From IMG/VR virus record IMGVR_UViG_3300047546_000217, positions 1 through 32,456 of that record: 32,456 nucleotides of DNA. One strand, 5' to 3'. The notes under the pieces were generated by a model, which did not search any database, had not been told where the DNA came from, and saw nothing but the letters and a program-made list of their open reading frames with translations. This DNA comes from a virus (taxonomy: Duplodnaviria; Caudoviricetes). The position numbers and the translations under genes are program-made. Shown here piece after piece: positions 1 through 7,425 of this stretch (its first letter is position 1; every line of letters starts with the position of its first letter).

Positions 1-286
1 CTCCCCATGTGAACATGTGGTAAATCTCTTTTTCCATGTCGGCGAGTTTTTGTTTGGCAGCCATCTTGTCGAAAGCCTCTTTCGTCTCAGAGGTGTCGAA
101 CTTGATGGGCTTCCAGATGCTGGGCTTGGTGTCTTTGCCGAGCCAATGATTGAGATCGTCGACAGCTTCTGCCCACTTGGTGAGTTGCTTAAAGACGTCT
201 TCGACTTCGCGCCCCGTCTTGACAACGGCCTTCACGCCATTGAAGGCGGCATTGAGCGCTGAGAATGCGGCGATCAGTTCTACCAC
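1..286 (-). CDS. Conserved phage hypothetical protein, truncated at the window edge
   Basis: Not in the ORF track. GTG at 284-286 follows AAGGAG, and the frame is open to base 1: MVELIAAFSALNAAFNGVKAVVKTGREVEDVFKQLTKWAEAV... It resembles a small-protein family I recall from aquatic phages. Confidence 0.75.
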   Translation of the reverse strand, partial: MVELIAAFSALNAAFNGVKAVVKTGREVEDVFKQLTKWAEAVDDLNHWLGKDTKPSIWKPIKFDTSETKEAFDKMAAKQKLADMEKEIYHMFTWG

Positions 287-309
287 TAGGCTTGCTCCTT
301 GATGAGCCT

Positions 310-341
310 AGTTTGCGAGCGCAGTAGATAGTTCGTCGTCC
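310..341 (-). promoter_or_regulatory. Candidate late promoter GGACGAC-N19-CAAACT
   Basis: Intergenic, just downstream of a terminator and upstream of the RBS of the 1-286 gene. The same heptamer occurs in two other intergenic gaps. Confidence 0.5.
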
Positions 342-351
342 TCGTTTTTAT

Positions 352-383
352 AAGACAAACGGGCCACGCGAGAGCGTGACCCG
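352..383 (-). terminator. Intrinsic terminator
   Basis: Minus strand CGGGTCACGC-TCTC-GCGTGGCCCG (one G-U pair) followed by TTTGTCTT, just after the stop at 392. Confidence 0.65.
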
Positions 384-391
384 ACAAAACG

Positions 392-529
392 TCAGCGCTT
401 TTTCTTGGGCGCTGGTTTCTTTTCCGACATCTTTTCCGAGCGCTCCTTGCGAGGCGACTCGGCTTTCTCGTGCTTCTTCATTGCGGTGGTGGACTTGTAG
501 GTCTCCTTGCCGCCGTATTCCTTTTTCAT
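392..529 (-). CDS. Small Lys-rich hypothetical protein (45 aa)
   Basis: ATG at 527-529 with AAGGAAAG upstream and an ATGA overlap with the upstream stop. MKKEYGGKETYKSTTAMKKHEKAESPRKERSEKMSEKKPAPKKKR. The ORF-track start at 655 looks too long. Confidence 0.7.
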   Translation of the reverse strand: MKKEYGGKETYKSTTAMKKHEKAESPRKERSEKMSEKKPAPKKKR

Positions 530-693
530 TTGAGCTTTCCTTTCACGGGCTTCTTGGTGGGACGTTTGGTGACCACGGGGATCACCTTCTCTTTGATGAC
601 CGCGACCTTGACGACCGCCTTCACCACATTGGCGGCGCAACCAAGCGACGCGCAAATGTTCGGGGACTTACAGCTTGAGCAGAGTGCATTCAT
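526..693 (-). CDS. Small Cys- and Lys-rich hypothetical protein (55 aa; alternative start at 705)
   Basis: Not in the ORF track. MNALCSSCKSPNICASLGCAANVVKAVVKVAVIKEKVIPVVTKRPTKKPVKGKLK fills the gap exactly and is coupled to the next gene by ATGA. Confidence 0.6.
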   Translation of the reverse strand: MNALCSSCKSPNICASLGCAANVVKAVVKVAVIKEKVIPVVTKRPTKKPVKGKLK

Positions 694-698
694 GGGCT

Positions 699-974
699 TC
701 ACCATTTAACTTTGTTTGACCAGTAGCGGGCACTGAAGATGTCAGGGCTTGAGTCTTGTGCGTTGTGGCGGGCGTAGTAGGACTTGCGTCGAGCCTTGTC
801 CTTTGCGGACTTGGGGTTCTTGCCTGCGCCGGTAACGCCTTGCTGACCAAAGCGCACAATTTTCTCTTTGCCATCTTTGCATGCCTTGACGACGTGAGAC
901 TTCGTCTTATGACCCGGAGTCTTCTGTGGTTTGTTGCAAGCCATCTTCGACTTGCTTGCTGGTTTCGTTGCCAT
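699..974 (-). CDS. Conserved basic phage protein (91 aa)
   Basis: ATG at 972-974 after GAGGAG. The motifs KIVRFGQQG, ARRKSYYARH and SARYWS..W match a widespread uncharacterised viral family that I recognise from memory. Confidence 0.8.
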   Translation of the reverse strand: MATKPASKSKMACNKPQKTPGHKTKSHVVKACKDGKEKIVRFGQQGVTGAGKNPKSAKDKARRKSYYARHNAQDSSPDIFSARYWSNKVKW

Positions 975-1380
975 GTTGTTTCTCCTCAATGCGGAAGCCG
1001 ACCTGCGAAAGCAGGGCGGCGTATAGGTCAAGCCAATCATCGAGACGCATGACCACGAGGCTGTCGCCTGTCGCAACTCTGCTACGTCTCGATATTACAA
1101 CGGGTTTCTCTGGTGCGCGTTTGCCACGGATGCCAGTCTCGGCCTGCTCCATGGCGGCATAGGGTTGGAATTTTTCTGTTCGCTTGGCTTCGACCCAGAC
1201 TTCTGGGGTTCCAATGAGGTCGGCGCTGCCGCCGCCTGAGACGAACTGTCGACCGCCGCCTGAGAGGGGAGCGCGGTAGACCTGCTCTCGACCGCCGAAG
1301 AGTCGATCATTCATGTAGTGGGCAATCTCGCGCTCGTAAGCGTCGCCTTTTGCTTTTGCGCCTTTCGGGCTTAGTCCCAT
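907..1380 (-). CDS. Holliday junction resolvase-like PD-(D/E)XK nuclease
   Basis: KGDAYERE...ADL...WVEAKR catalytic pattern and a C-terminal LVVMRLDDW, as in Hjc-type phage resolvases. Confidence 0.8.
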   Translation of the reverse strand: MGLSPKGAKAKGDAYEREIAHYMNDRLFGGREQVYRAPLSGGGRQFVSGGGSADLIGTPEVWVEAKRTEKFQPYAAMEQAETGIRGKRAPEKPVVISRRSRVATGDSLVVMRLDDWLDLYAALLSQVGFRIEEKQHGNETSKQVEDGLQQTTEDSGS

Positions 1381-1694
1381 AAACGGTACTCCGTGTCATC
1401 GTCGTCAAGTGTAGAGCGGCATTTGTCGCAGAAATATTGCCACTTAGGACGAGGTCGGTCGTCCTTACACTTCATGCACGGGCGAACCCATACGTTCTTC
1501 TTGTTCGAGCGCGTCATTGAGACGGCATACTTTGCCCCCTCGAACTCCGCCAGACCCTCTCTTTGTAATATTCGTTTCAGCGTGTCGACGCACACCCCAA
1601 GTGACGTCGCCATGCTTGTGTAATGTTCACCGTTCTCGACGGCCTGCCGGAGGAACGCTCTCTCCATCTGAGAGAGAACCCTCGGCTTTGTCAT
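1371..1694 (-). CDS. HTH plus C4 zinc-finger protein, putative transcription regulator
   Basis: YTSMATSLGVCVDTLKRIL (HTH-like) and CMKC...CDKC. AGGAAAGGAG lies upstream. Confidence 0.7.
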   Translation of the reverse strand: MTKPRVLSQMERAFLRQAVENGEHYTSMATSLGVCVDTLKRILQREGLAEFEGAKYAVSMTRSNKKNVWVRPCMKCKDDRPRPKWQYFCDKCRSTLDDDDTEYRLWD

Positions 1695-1875
1695 TCACGA
1701 CTCCTTTCCTCAACCCCATTCCGACCCCGCAACTGACGCAATACTTGCCGCCCGCAGTGCCGGTGAGAAAGGTGCGGATATTCCTTGCACACCGTAGGCA
1801 CTTGAACCACTTAAACTTTTGTCCAGCTTGTGTCGCATTCTGCTCTTGACAAGATTCTTTCACGCTCGCTACCAT
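1627..1875 (-). CDS. Small zinc-ribbon hypothetical protein
   Basis: CLRC...CVSC pair. It fills the gap between co-oriented genes. The start is uncertain (GTG at 1863 is possible) and it overlaps the next gene by 68 nt. Confidence 0.5.
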   Translation of the reverse strand: MVASVKESCQEQNATQAGQKFKWFKCLRCARNIRTFLTGTAGGKYCVSCGVGMGLRKGVVNDKAEGSLSDGESVPPAGRRER

Positions 1876-1882
1876 CCCTATT

Positions 1883-1948
1883 AAGAACTAACACACTGAT
1901 AGAAACCACCCTTCGGGTGGTTTTTCAGTAATAAGTGTAGTAGTTCTT
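1883..1948. other. Long imperfect intergenic hairpin (terminator or processing site)
   Basis: Core AAACCACCC-TTC-GGGTGGTTT (1903-1923), extended by ACTGA/TCAGT, ACAC/GTGT and AAGAACTA/TAGTTCTT. Confidence 0.7.
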
Positions 1949-2281
1949 TTAGGGCTTGACCTCCTTGGACACGAAAGCCTCGACATCACGGTAGACCTGT
2001 TGCCTCGCCACGTTGTCCGTCACCGCCTCCTTCCATCCCGCATAACGCATCTCGGTCTCGCACCGCTCAAGCAAGTCGAGCGCGTCACTCATGTCATTTG
2101 CCAAGTCCCAGTCAGGGTTGAACTCGTTCTCACCTTCAGGATCGAAGCGCTCTGGGTACGTCTCGATGTACTCCTTGACCGCCTCTGCCATTGGCGCGGC
2201 GTTGGATGTTGAGCCAACCGGCATTACGCCGGGGCGGGTTGTCAGCCACCCGGCGAAGTCATAAATGTCTTGCTGTCTCAT
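1949..2281 (-). CDS. Hypothetical protein
   Basis: ATG at 2279-2281 overlaps the upstream TGA (ATGA). Acidic, globular-looking protein. The ORF track gives a GTG start at 2290. Confidence 0.7.
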   Translation of the reverse strand: MRQQDIYDFAGWLTTRPGVMPVGSTSNAAPMAEAVKEYIETYPERFDPEGENEFNPDWDLANDMSDALDLLERCETEMRYAGWKEAVTDNVARQQVYRDVEAFVSKEVKP

Positions 2282-2646
2282 TTCTGCCACCCCCTCATAA
2301 GTCGAGCGATCAGTTGGTGTTCTGCGCCAACGACCAGTTCATGATGCGTGTCGCCCAGCTTGGCAGCCGTCTCGCAGAAGTCGGCGACCAGCAGATGAAG
2401 TACCTCGTGAAGCGCCAGCCTCTCGACGTCGTCCTCTATTCCGAAGTCGGCTTCGCACTGCTCGGTCAGTCGGATCGAAGCGTTCTTTGAGACGGAGTTG
2501 TACTGCGTCTGAGCCACCACGTTCCCGCCAATCTGCTCGTGAACAATCATGAGGTTCCACTCGACCAAGCCGAAGAGCGCAACGAGTTCCTCGACGGACT
2601 CCTTGAACAGCTTGAAGTCGCACTCATCAAAACGAAATGTCTTCAT
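2278..2646 (-). CDS. Small HExxH metallopeptidase-like protein
   Basis: LALHEVLHLL motif plus downstream AEHQ. TGATG coupling with the upstream gene and GGAGG upstream. Confidence 0.7.
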   Translation of the reverse strand: MKTFRFDECDFKLFKESVEELVALFGLVEWNLMIVHEQIGGNVVAQTQYNSVSKNASIRLTEQCEADFGIEDDVERLALHEVLHLLVADFCETAAKLGDTHHELVVGAEHQLIARLMRGWQK

Positions 2647-2984
2647 CAGACCTCCAACCTGTCTCGGATTTGGCACATCCTTGTGATGAGCATGTCGATT
2701 TGCATGTTGCTCTCCCTCAAGCTGAGTACCAACATGGAGTTCCCGCGCACATCCTTCGACACCCTGCCAGTAGCTGGCACTTCGTTCTGAGACATGATGG
2801 GTCGCAGACGCATCTCCACCTGAGACACCATTTCTTCGAGAGTGGAAATACGGTTTCTGAGACCACCAAGTTCGTCTTCAGTTGCCGACTCTTGTCTTGG
2901 GACTTCAGGCCCAAGCCCAAGCGTAGGGTTCAGAGTCGAGCCGAGTTGAGCGCCAATGCCCATGTGTGATTGACCGATGTTCAT
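2646..2984 (-). CDS. Hypothetical coiled-coil protein
   Basis: AAGGAG RBS and ATGA overlap with the primase stop. Heptad-like segments (LRNRISTLEEMVSQVEMRL). Confidence 0.7.
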   Translation of the reverse strand: MNIGQSHMGIGAQLGSTLNPTLGLGPEVPRQESATEDELGGLRNRISTLEEMVSQVEMRLRPIMSQNEVPATGRVSKDVRGNSMLVLSLRESNMQIDMLITRMCQIRDRLEV

Positions 2985-4984
2985 GAGTTCTCCTTTATGC
3001 CCAGCCATCTACGAACTTCGTAGGCCGGGACTTTCATACGCATTGAAATCTCCACGGGTGTGGAGCCTTGGGTGTGGAGCAGGTGCATGGCCTGCTGCTT
3101 CTTGGATTTGGTTGAGACGATGAACTTCTCGCTGCTGCCCAACTTTTCGGCCCAGCCGATGTAGTGGGTGTCGTGAAGCTCAGTCTGCTGCCGGACTTTT
3201 CCGTAGGTGATTTGTGTCACCATGGTGAGACGGGTGTCGTCACCAGCTTGCTTTTCGAGGTATCCCCATGGGGTGAACTCGCGTCCGTCTATCGCATACA
3301 CGGATAGGTCGCCGTCCCACAGACCGGCCTTTGACTTGGCGTCGTTCTTCTCGCGGAAGACCTGAGTGACAAAAACCTGCGTGTCGATGTCGGTCAACTG
3401 CGCGGTCGAGCCAGCCTCGCGCCCCAGCCCAGCTTCGCCCGGTTTGTTGCGGTGGTGCACCATGACCACGCTGGCTTGGTATCGGTTGCGGATTGCCTTG
3501 GCGACATGATTGACCTTCGCCCACTCACTTGCTGATGCTTCTTCGAGACCACGGAATGCGTTGCGGATGGTGTCGATCACAACAATGTCGGGCTGAACCA
3601 CGTCGAGCCACTGACCAAGCATGCGAAAACCGCTCTCCTCCATCAGGTTCATCTCGCCGCCATCCTCTGGTGCAATCAAGGTGGGAGACCAGATACCAAG
3701 GTGGTGGCCCGTGTCGCCAAACATCTTGTTGAACTCTTTGAGACGACGCAGCACCGTGCGGCGCGGGTTGTCGTAGTCCATGTAGAAAATCTTGGCTGGC
3801 TTCCCGAGTTGGTACGGGCCAAACCATTCGTGCCCAGAAGCAAGGGCGGCGAGCATGGCTGAGAGGAAGTAGGATTTGCCGTGACCGTTGTAGCCTGCGA
3901 TTTGGGTGATGGTTCCGGCGGGGATGATGGGGTCTGACCAGTAGACTTCGTCCTTCATTTCCGCCAAAAGGCGGTCGACTGCGTCTGAATAGATGGGGAT
4001 CAGCGATCCAGTTGCGTTTTTGGGTGACTCTTTTTTGCGTCGGCTACCGTCTTCTGCGTAATCCTCGGGGTAGTTTCTGCGATCCATCTCCTGTGCGCTG
4101 CGTAGGGTGACCTCTACTTCGCGTCGATCAAGATGCTGATCGAAGAAGTCATCCATGAAGGCTTCGCACACCACCCTCAAGTCATCGCCAACCACGCCCT
4201 GTCTGATCTTCTGTCCCGCGAATCGGACAAGCCAGTTGTTCCTGCCGTCTCCGTCGGTCATCTTGCGACCAAGGTGCGCCACCCTCTGCGCGGCTTGCTC
4301 GTAGACGCTCATGGAGTCCGCCTCTGACGCCACACGGTAGTCGGACAGGTTCAAGGCGTCGAAGCTGAACTCCCCGTCAAGCTGTGTCTCAACCTCGGTT
4401 GGCTTGCCAGCCCATACCCATTCCCCCAGATCGTCAACAGAGGTCTCGTAGCCGCAGTCGAACTCATACTGGTGCGAGACGACACCGTTCTCGTCGAGCT
4501 TGATGGATGGCGGCATGACCACATAGCCACCGTCGCCACGGAAGTCCAAGCCCTCGACCTTGGGCCAGTCTCGGGCCACGCCGCCAACCTTGTTGGCGAA
4601 GCGCTTGCCGTGCCCCGGGTGGGCAAAATAAAAGTGCTTGCCACGGGTGGTGTTCACCGTGATGGGCGAAGTCATTCCGTTCTTCTTGGCGTAATCGACA
4701 GCCGCTTGGTTGTCGCAATCCAAGACGAGCACCCCGCTGATGACTCCCGTCACCAAGGCGAGGTTGAAGACTTCCACGCGACCACCTTCCTTGGTAGGCG
4801 CTCCATTCTCAAACCAGTCGTCTACCTCTTCTTGGGTAGTCGCTTGGGTCTGGTATTTCTTCCACTCGTTGAGCGGCTTCTTGCTGGAGATCGAGAGAGG
4901 GATGACCGTCCATCCCCTCTCAATCGCCATTGATGCTGCGTCATACAGCGTTTGTTTCAGGTCTTGCTTGGTCGGCGCTGTCAT
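2981..4984 (-). CDS. Bifunctional primase-polymerase (Prim-Pol) fused to a RecA-like AAA_25/RepA helicase
   Basis: N-terminal GWTVIPL...KKP, NLALVTG, VLDCD, TTRGKHFYF and DFRGDGGYVVMPPS. PriCT-like GRNNWL. Walker A GYNGHGKS, Walker B VVIDT, and VHHRNK. ATG at 4982-4984 after GAGG. Confidence 0.92.
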   Translation of the reverse strand: MTAPTKQDLKQTLYDAASMAIERGWTVIPLSISSKKPLNEWKKYQTQATTQEEVDDWFENGAPTKEGGRVEVFNLALVTGVISGVLVLDCDNQAAVDYAKKNGMTSPITVNTTRGKHFYFAHPGHGKRFANKVGGVARDWPKVEGLDFRGDGGYVVMPPSIKLDENGVVSHQYEFDCGYETSVDDLGEWVWAGKPTEVETQLDGEFSFDALNLSDYRVASEADSMSVYEQAAQRVAHLGRKMTDGDGRNNWLVRFAGQKIRQGVVGDDLRVVCEAFMDDFFDQHLDRREVEVTLRSAQEMDRRNYPEDYAEDGSRRKKESPKNATGSLIPIYSDAVDRLLAEMKDEVYWSDPIIPAGTITQIAGYNGHGKSYFLSAMLAALASGHEWFGPYQLGKPAKIFYMDYDNPRRTVLRRLKEFNKMFGDTGHHLGIWSPTLIAPEDGGEMNLMEESGFRMLGQWLDVVQPDIVVIDTIRNAFRGLEEASASEWAKVNHVAKAIRNRYQASVVMVHHRNKPGEAGLGREAGSTAQLTDIDTQVFVTQVFREKNDAKSKAGLWDGDLSVYAIDGREFTPWGYLEKQAGDDTRLTMVTQITYGKVRQQTELHDTHYIGWAEKLGSSEKFIVSTKSKKQQAMHLLHTQGSTPVEISMRMKVPAYEVRRWLGIKENS

Positions 4985-5174
4985 TTGCTTCCTCAAAGTA
5001 ATGGTTCAAGTTAAGGTCAGGGTTAGAAGCGAGGAGCTTTTCAAACTGGCGGGTGTTCATCAGGCCAGTGGCGATCATCCGGTAGGGCGCAGTGCGCGTC
5101 TTGCCGAGAATCGTCGCGACACGCCTGATCCCACCGCAATCGTCGATGAGTTTCTTGGCGTTGAAATTTCTCAC
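4941..5174 (-). CDS. Cro-like HTH regulator
   Basis: GTG after AAGGAG. LIDDCGGIRRVATILGKTRTAPYRM pattern. First gene of the leftward unit. Confidence 0.7.
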   Translation of the reverse strand: MRNFNAKKLIDDCGGIRRVATILGKTRTAPYRMIATGLMNTRQFEKLLASNPDLNLNHYFEEANDSADQARPETNAV

Positions 5175-5351
5175 GGTCTCTCCTTGTTTGCAGGGCGGTA
5201 TGCCCAGCCCCAACTGTGCCAGAATTCAGACAGGTAGTCCATGACGTGTCACGTTACTGAGACACATTCTGGACAAAACTGTATGGCACACCTGTCCCGA
5301 TGATGATACAGTGTCCTCACCCTTAACCATAACCATGAGGTAACCATCACT
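5175..5351. promoter_or_regulatory. Divergent promoter/operator region
   Basis: Gap between divergent units. TACAGT (-10-like) occurs on both strands: 5278-5283 on minus, and 5307-5312 on plus with an extended TGn. Several TGTC/GACA half-sites and three TAACCAT copies. Confidence 0.6.
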
Positions 5352-5762
5352 ATGAGCGATTGGGATAAATTCGAGACGGCCTCTGCCGCCGCACCAAAGA
5401 CAGCGCTTGCAGATGCGCTCGTCGCAGCCAAAGAAAAACTCGACGCAGCCGAGGCGGAGTACAAGAGGCTCTGCGATGAGGCCATCAGTCGAGTGTCAGA
5501 CGACTTCGGTGACCACGTCATTGACGCACCTGAAGCAATCATCACCGTGTCTCGCGGTTGCAAGTACGAATGGGATCAGAAAATTTTGACCGCCCTTTTT
5601 GAGAGTGGAGTCAAGATGCCCGACTTCGTCAAGAAACATCTCGCCGTAGACAAGCGCAAGTTCGACCGCATGTCGGAAGAAGACCGCGCACCACTTCTCC
5701 CCGCCCTCACACGCAAGCCCGGAAACGTGACTGTCAAAGTCACGAGGAAGGGCGAGGCGTGA
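5352..5762 (+). CDS. Hypothetical protein at the head of the recombination module
   Basis: GAGG RBS. N-terminal coiled coil and KYEWDQKIL. The position upstream of an AAA_24 ATPase and SSB is typical for this kind of gene. Confidence 0.8.
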   Translation: MSDWDKFETASAAAPKTALADALVAAKEKLDAAEAEYKRLCDEAISRVSDDFGDHVIDAPEAIITVSRGCKYEWDQKILTALFESGVKMPDFVKKHLAVDKRKFDRMSEEDRAPLLPALTRKPGNVTVKVTRKGEA

Positions 5763-5763
5763 C

Positions 5764-6078
5764 ATGGCAAACAAAAGAAAGTGGACAGACGAACAAAAGG
5801 AACAACAAAGCCAGCGCCTCAAGAGGTACTGGAGTCAGAGACAGGCTCGTGAGCATCACTCGCAAGCCATGAAAGAGCATTGGGCAGAGCGTAAAAAAAG
5901 GCGAAGCCCTGCACCCACGCTGACAAAGCAACAAAGACTCGACAACCAAGCCGCGCTTGTTGCCATCGCCAGCATCAAGGAGTTCGTGGAACGCGACGTC
6001 GGCACATCGCTGACAGTCGCGCAAGTCGCGAACATCATTTGTTCAAACTATGCAAGGAACCACAATGTTCAATCCTAA
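5764..6078 (+). CDS. Hypothetical basic protein, possibly DNA-binding
   Basis: Starts 1 nt after the previous stop. Two similar helices (QSQRLKRYW and HSQAMKEHW) are reminiscent of NUMOD3-type motifs. Confidence 0.65.
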   Translation: MANKRKWTDEQKEQQSQRLKRYWSQRQAREHHSQAMKEHWAERKKRRSPAPTLTKQQRLDNQAALVAIASIKEFVERDVGTSLTVAQVANIICSNYARNHNVQS

Positions 6079-6877
6079 AAACACGGCGGACGATGCGACT
6101 GCCAAGCGCAAGGTCTTGCTCTACGGTCATCACGGCTGGGGCAAGACAACGCAGATGAAGTATTTCCAAGATGCCTACGGCAAGGGATTCATCATCAGCG
6201 GAGAGAGCGGCTTGTCTTCCATCCGATCAGCCAACATCGACTACCTCCCATTCACCTCGTGGGGCGGCAAGAGTGACCCAGCCAAGGATGAGTATTCGTT
6301 CATCGACATCTTCAAGTGGACACGCACCGAAGACTTCAAGAAGCGCGGCTACACATGGATTGGCATCGACTCCCTGACCGAGCTATCCGACATGTCGTTC
6401 AAGCATGCGGAAGCAGAGGCAGAAGAGGTTGCCAAACGTGCTGGCAAGAAGAACGCCGATGGCTTTGCAGTGTGGGGCAACCATGCTGCACAGTTGATCG
6501 GAGCATGTAAGGCAGTACGCGACATGGACATGCACGTCATCGTTACATGCCTCGCAAAAGAAACCACAGACGAAAACGGTGAGACGGAGTTCTGGCCCAT
6601 GGTTGCTGGCAAGGCGACCATGCAACAACTACCGGGCATCTTCGATTGTGTATTCTGCGGTGTCCGTGTGACGAAAGAGGTGGACGGTAAACAGCGCGTC
6701 ATGCGCTACACCATCACCGATGAAGTGCGCGGCTGGCACGGCAAGGTTCGAGATGAGAAGCGTCGTCTCAAGCCGGTCGAAACCAGCGGCAACATCGTCG
6801 AGCTTCTTCAGCGCCTTGACATGGATGACAACGAGTGGGCGCGTATTTCTCAATCAACCCAGTCCAAGGAGGACTAA
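6065..6877 (+). CDS. Sak4-like / AAA_24 ATPase (ssDNA-annealing recombinase)
   Basis: LLYGHHGWGKTT Walker A, IGIDSLTE Walker B and LPGIFD. Directly followed by SSB. ATG at 6065 after AAGGA. Confidence 0.88.
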   Translation: MFNPKNTADDATAKRKVLLYGHHGWGKTTQMKYFQDAYGKGFIISGESGLSSIRSANIDYLPFTSWGGKSDPAKDEYSFIDIFKWTRTEDFKKRGYTWIGIDSLTELSDMSFKHAEAEAEEVAKRAGKKNADGFAVWGNHAAQLIGACKAVRDMDMHVIVTCLAKETTDENGETEFWPMVAGKATMQQLPGIFDCVFCGVRVTKEVDGKQRVMRYTITDEVRGWHGKVRDEKRRLKPVETSGNIVELLQRLDMDDNEWARISQSTQSKED

Positions 6878-6880
6878 ATC

Positions 6881-7375
6881 ATGGCATTCAGTTTCAAAGA
6901 CCTCAACCTGTCTGGCGTAGAAGCAGCAAGCGCTGGCTCAGTTCTCAAGCCCGGTCGTCATGTTGTGACCGTGGCAGAAGCACAGATCAAGACGAGCCGT
7001 TCCAACGGCGCGATCTTGGAGTTGAAGTTGACCAATCAAGAGGGCGCAATTCGCCACTGGATCAATGTGCATGTACCAAACTCCGAGCAAGCAACACGCA
7101 TTGGTCGCGAGCAACTCAAGGCATTGCTTGTGCACGGCGGTCACCCGAACCCCGATAACCCGGGCGGCGTGGAAAAGATTCGTGGTCTGACAGTTGGTGT
7201 GAGCGTTGGCTCAGACACATACACCGACAAGGATGGCAACGAGCGCACCGGAAGCAAGGTCAAGGGCTTCTTTGACCCATCGGAGGTCACCGGCAAGTCG
7301 AGCAAGCAAGCACCATCGTCTTCGCAAGGCGGCGGCGATGGGTTTGACGACATGAAGGACGACATCCCATTTTGA
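6881..7375 (+). CDS. Single-stranded DNA-binding protein (DUF669-like)
   Basis: VLKPGRH beta-rich body, a flexible tail and the C-terminus DDMKDDIPF. AAGGAGG RBS. Confidence 0.85.
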   Translation: MAFSFKDLNLSGVEAASAGSVLKPGRHVVTVAEAQIKTSRSNGAILELKLTNQEGAIRHWINVHVPNSEQATRIGREQLKALLVHGGHPNPDNPGGVEKIRGLTVGVSVGSDTYTDKDGNERTGSKVKGFFDPSEVTGKSSKQAPSSSQGGGDGFDDMKDDIPF

Positions 7376-7384
7376 TGACAGCAC

Positions 7385-7414
7385 AAAAGGGGGGTGCTTC
7401 ACCCCCCTTTTTTT
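7385..7414 (+). terminator. Intrinsic terminator or attenuator after the SSB gene
   Basis: AAAA-GGGGGGTG-CTT-CACCCCCC-TTTTTTT. Confidence 0.8.
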
Positions 7415-7425
7415 AGGAACGAGAT

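Noticed and set aside
17-709. Plus-strand ORFs 17-262, 376-678 and 470-709
   Set aside because: They are antisense to minus-strand genes that have RBSs and coupled start/stop codons.
2428-2434. Coding-region GGACGAC copies at 2428 and 19072 as promoters
   Set aside because: No YAnnnT hexamer at the 18-19 nt spacing. They are explained by Asp-Asp codons.
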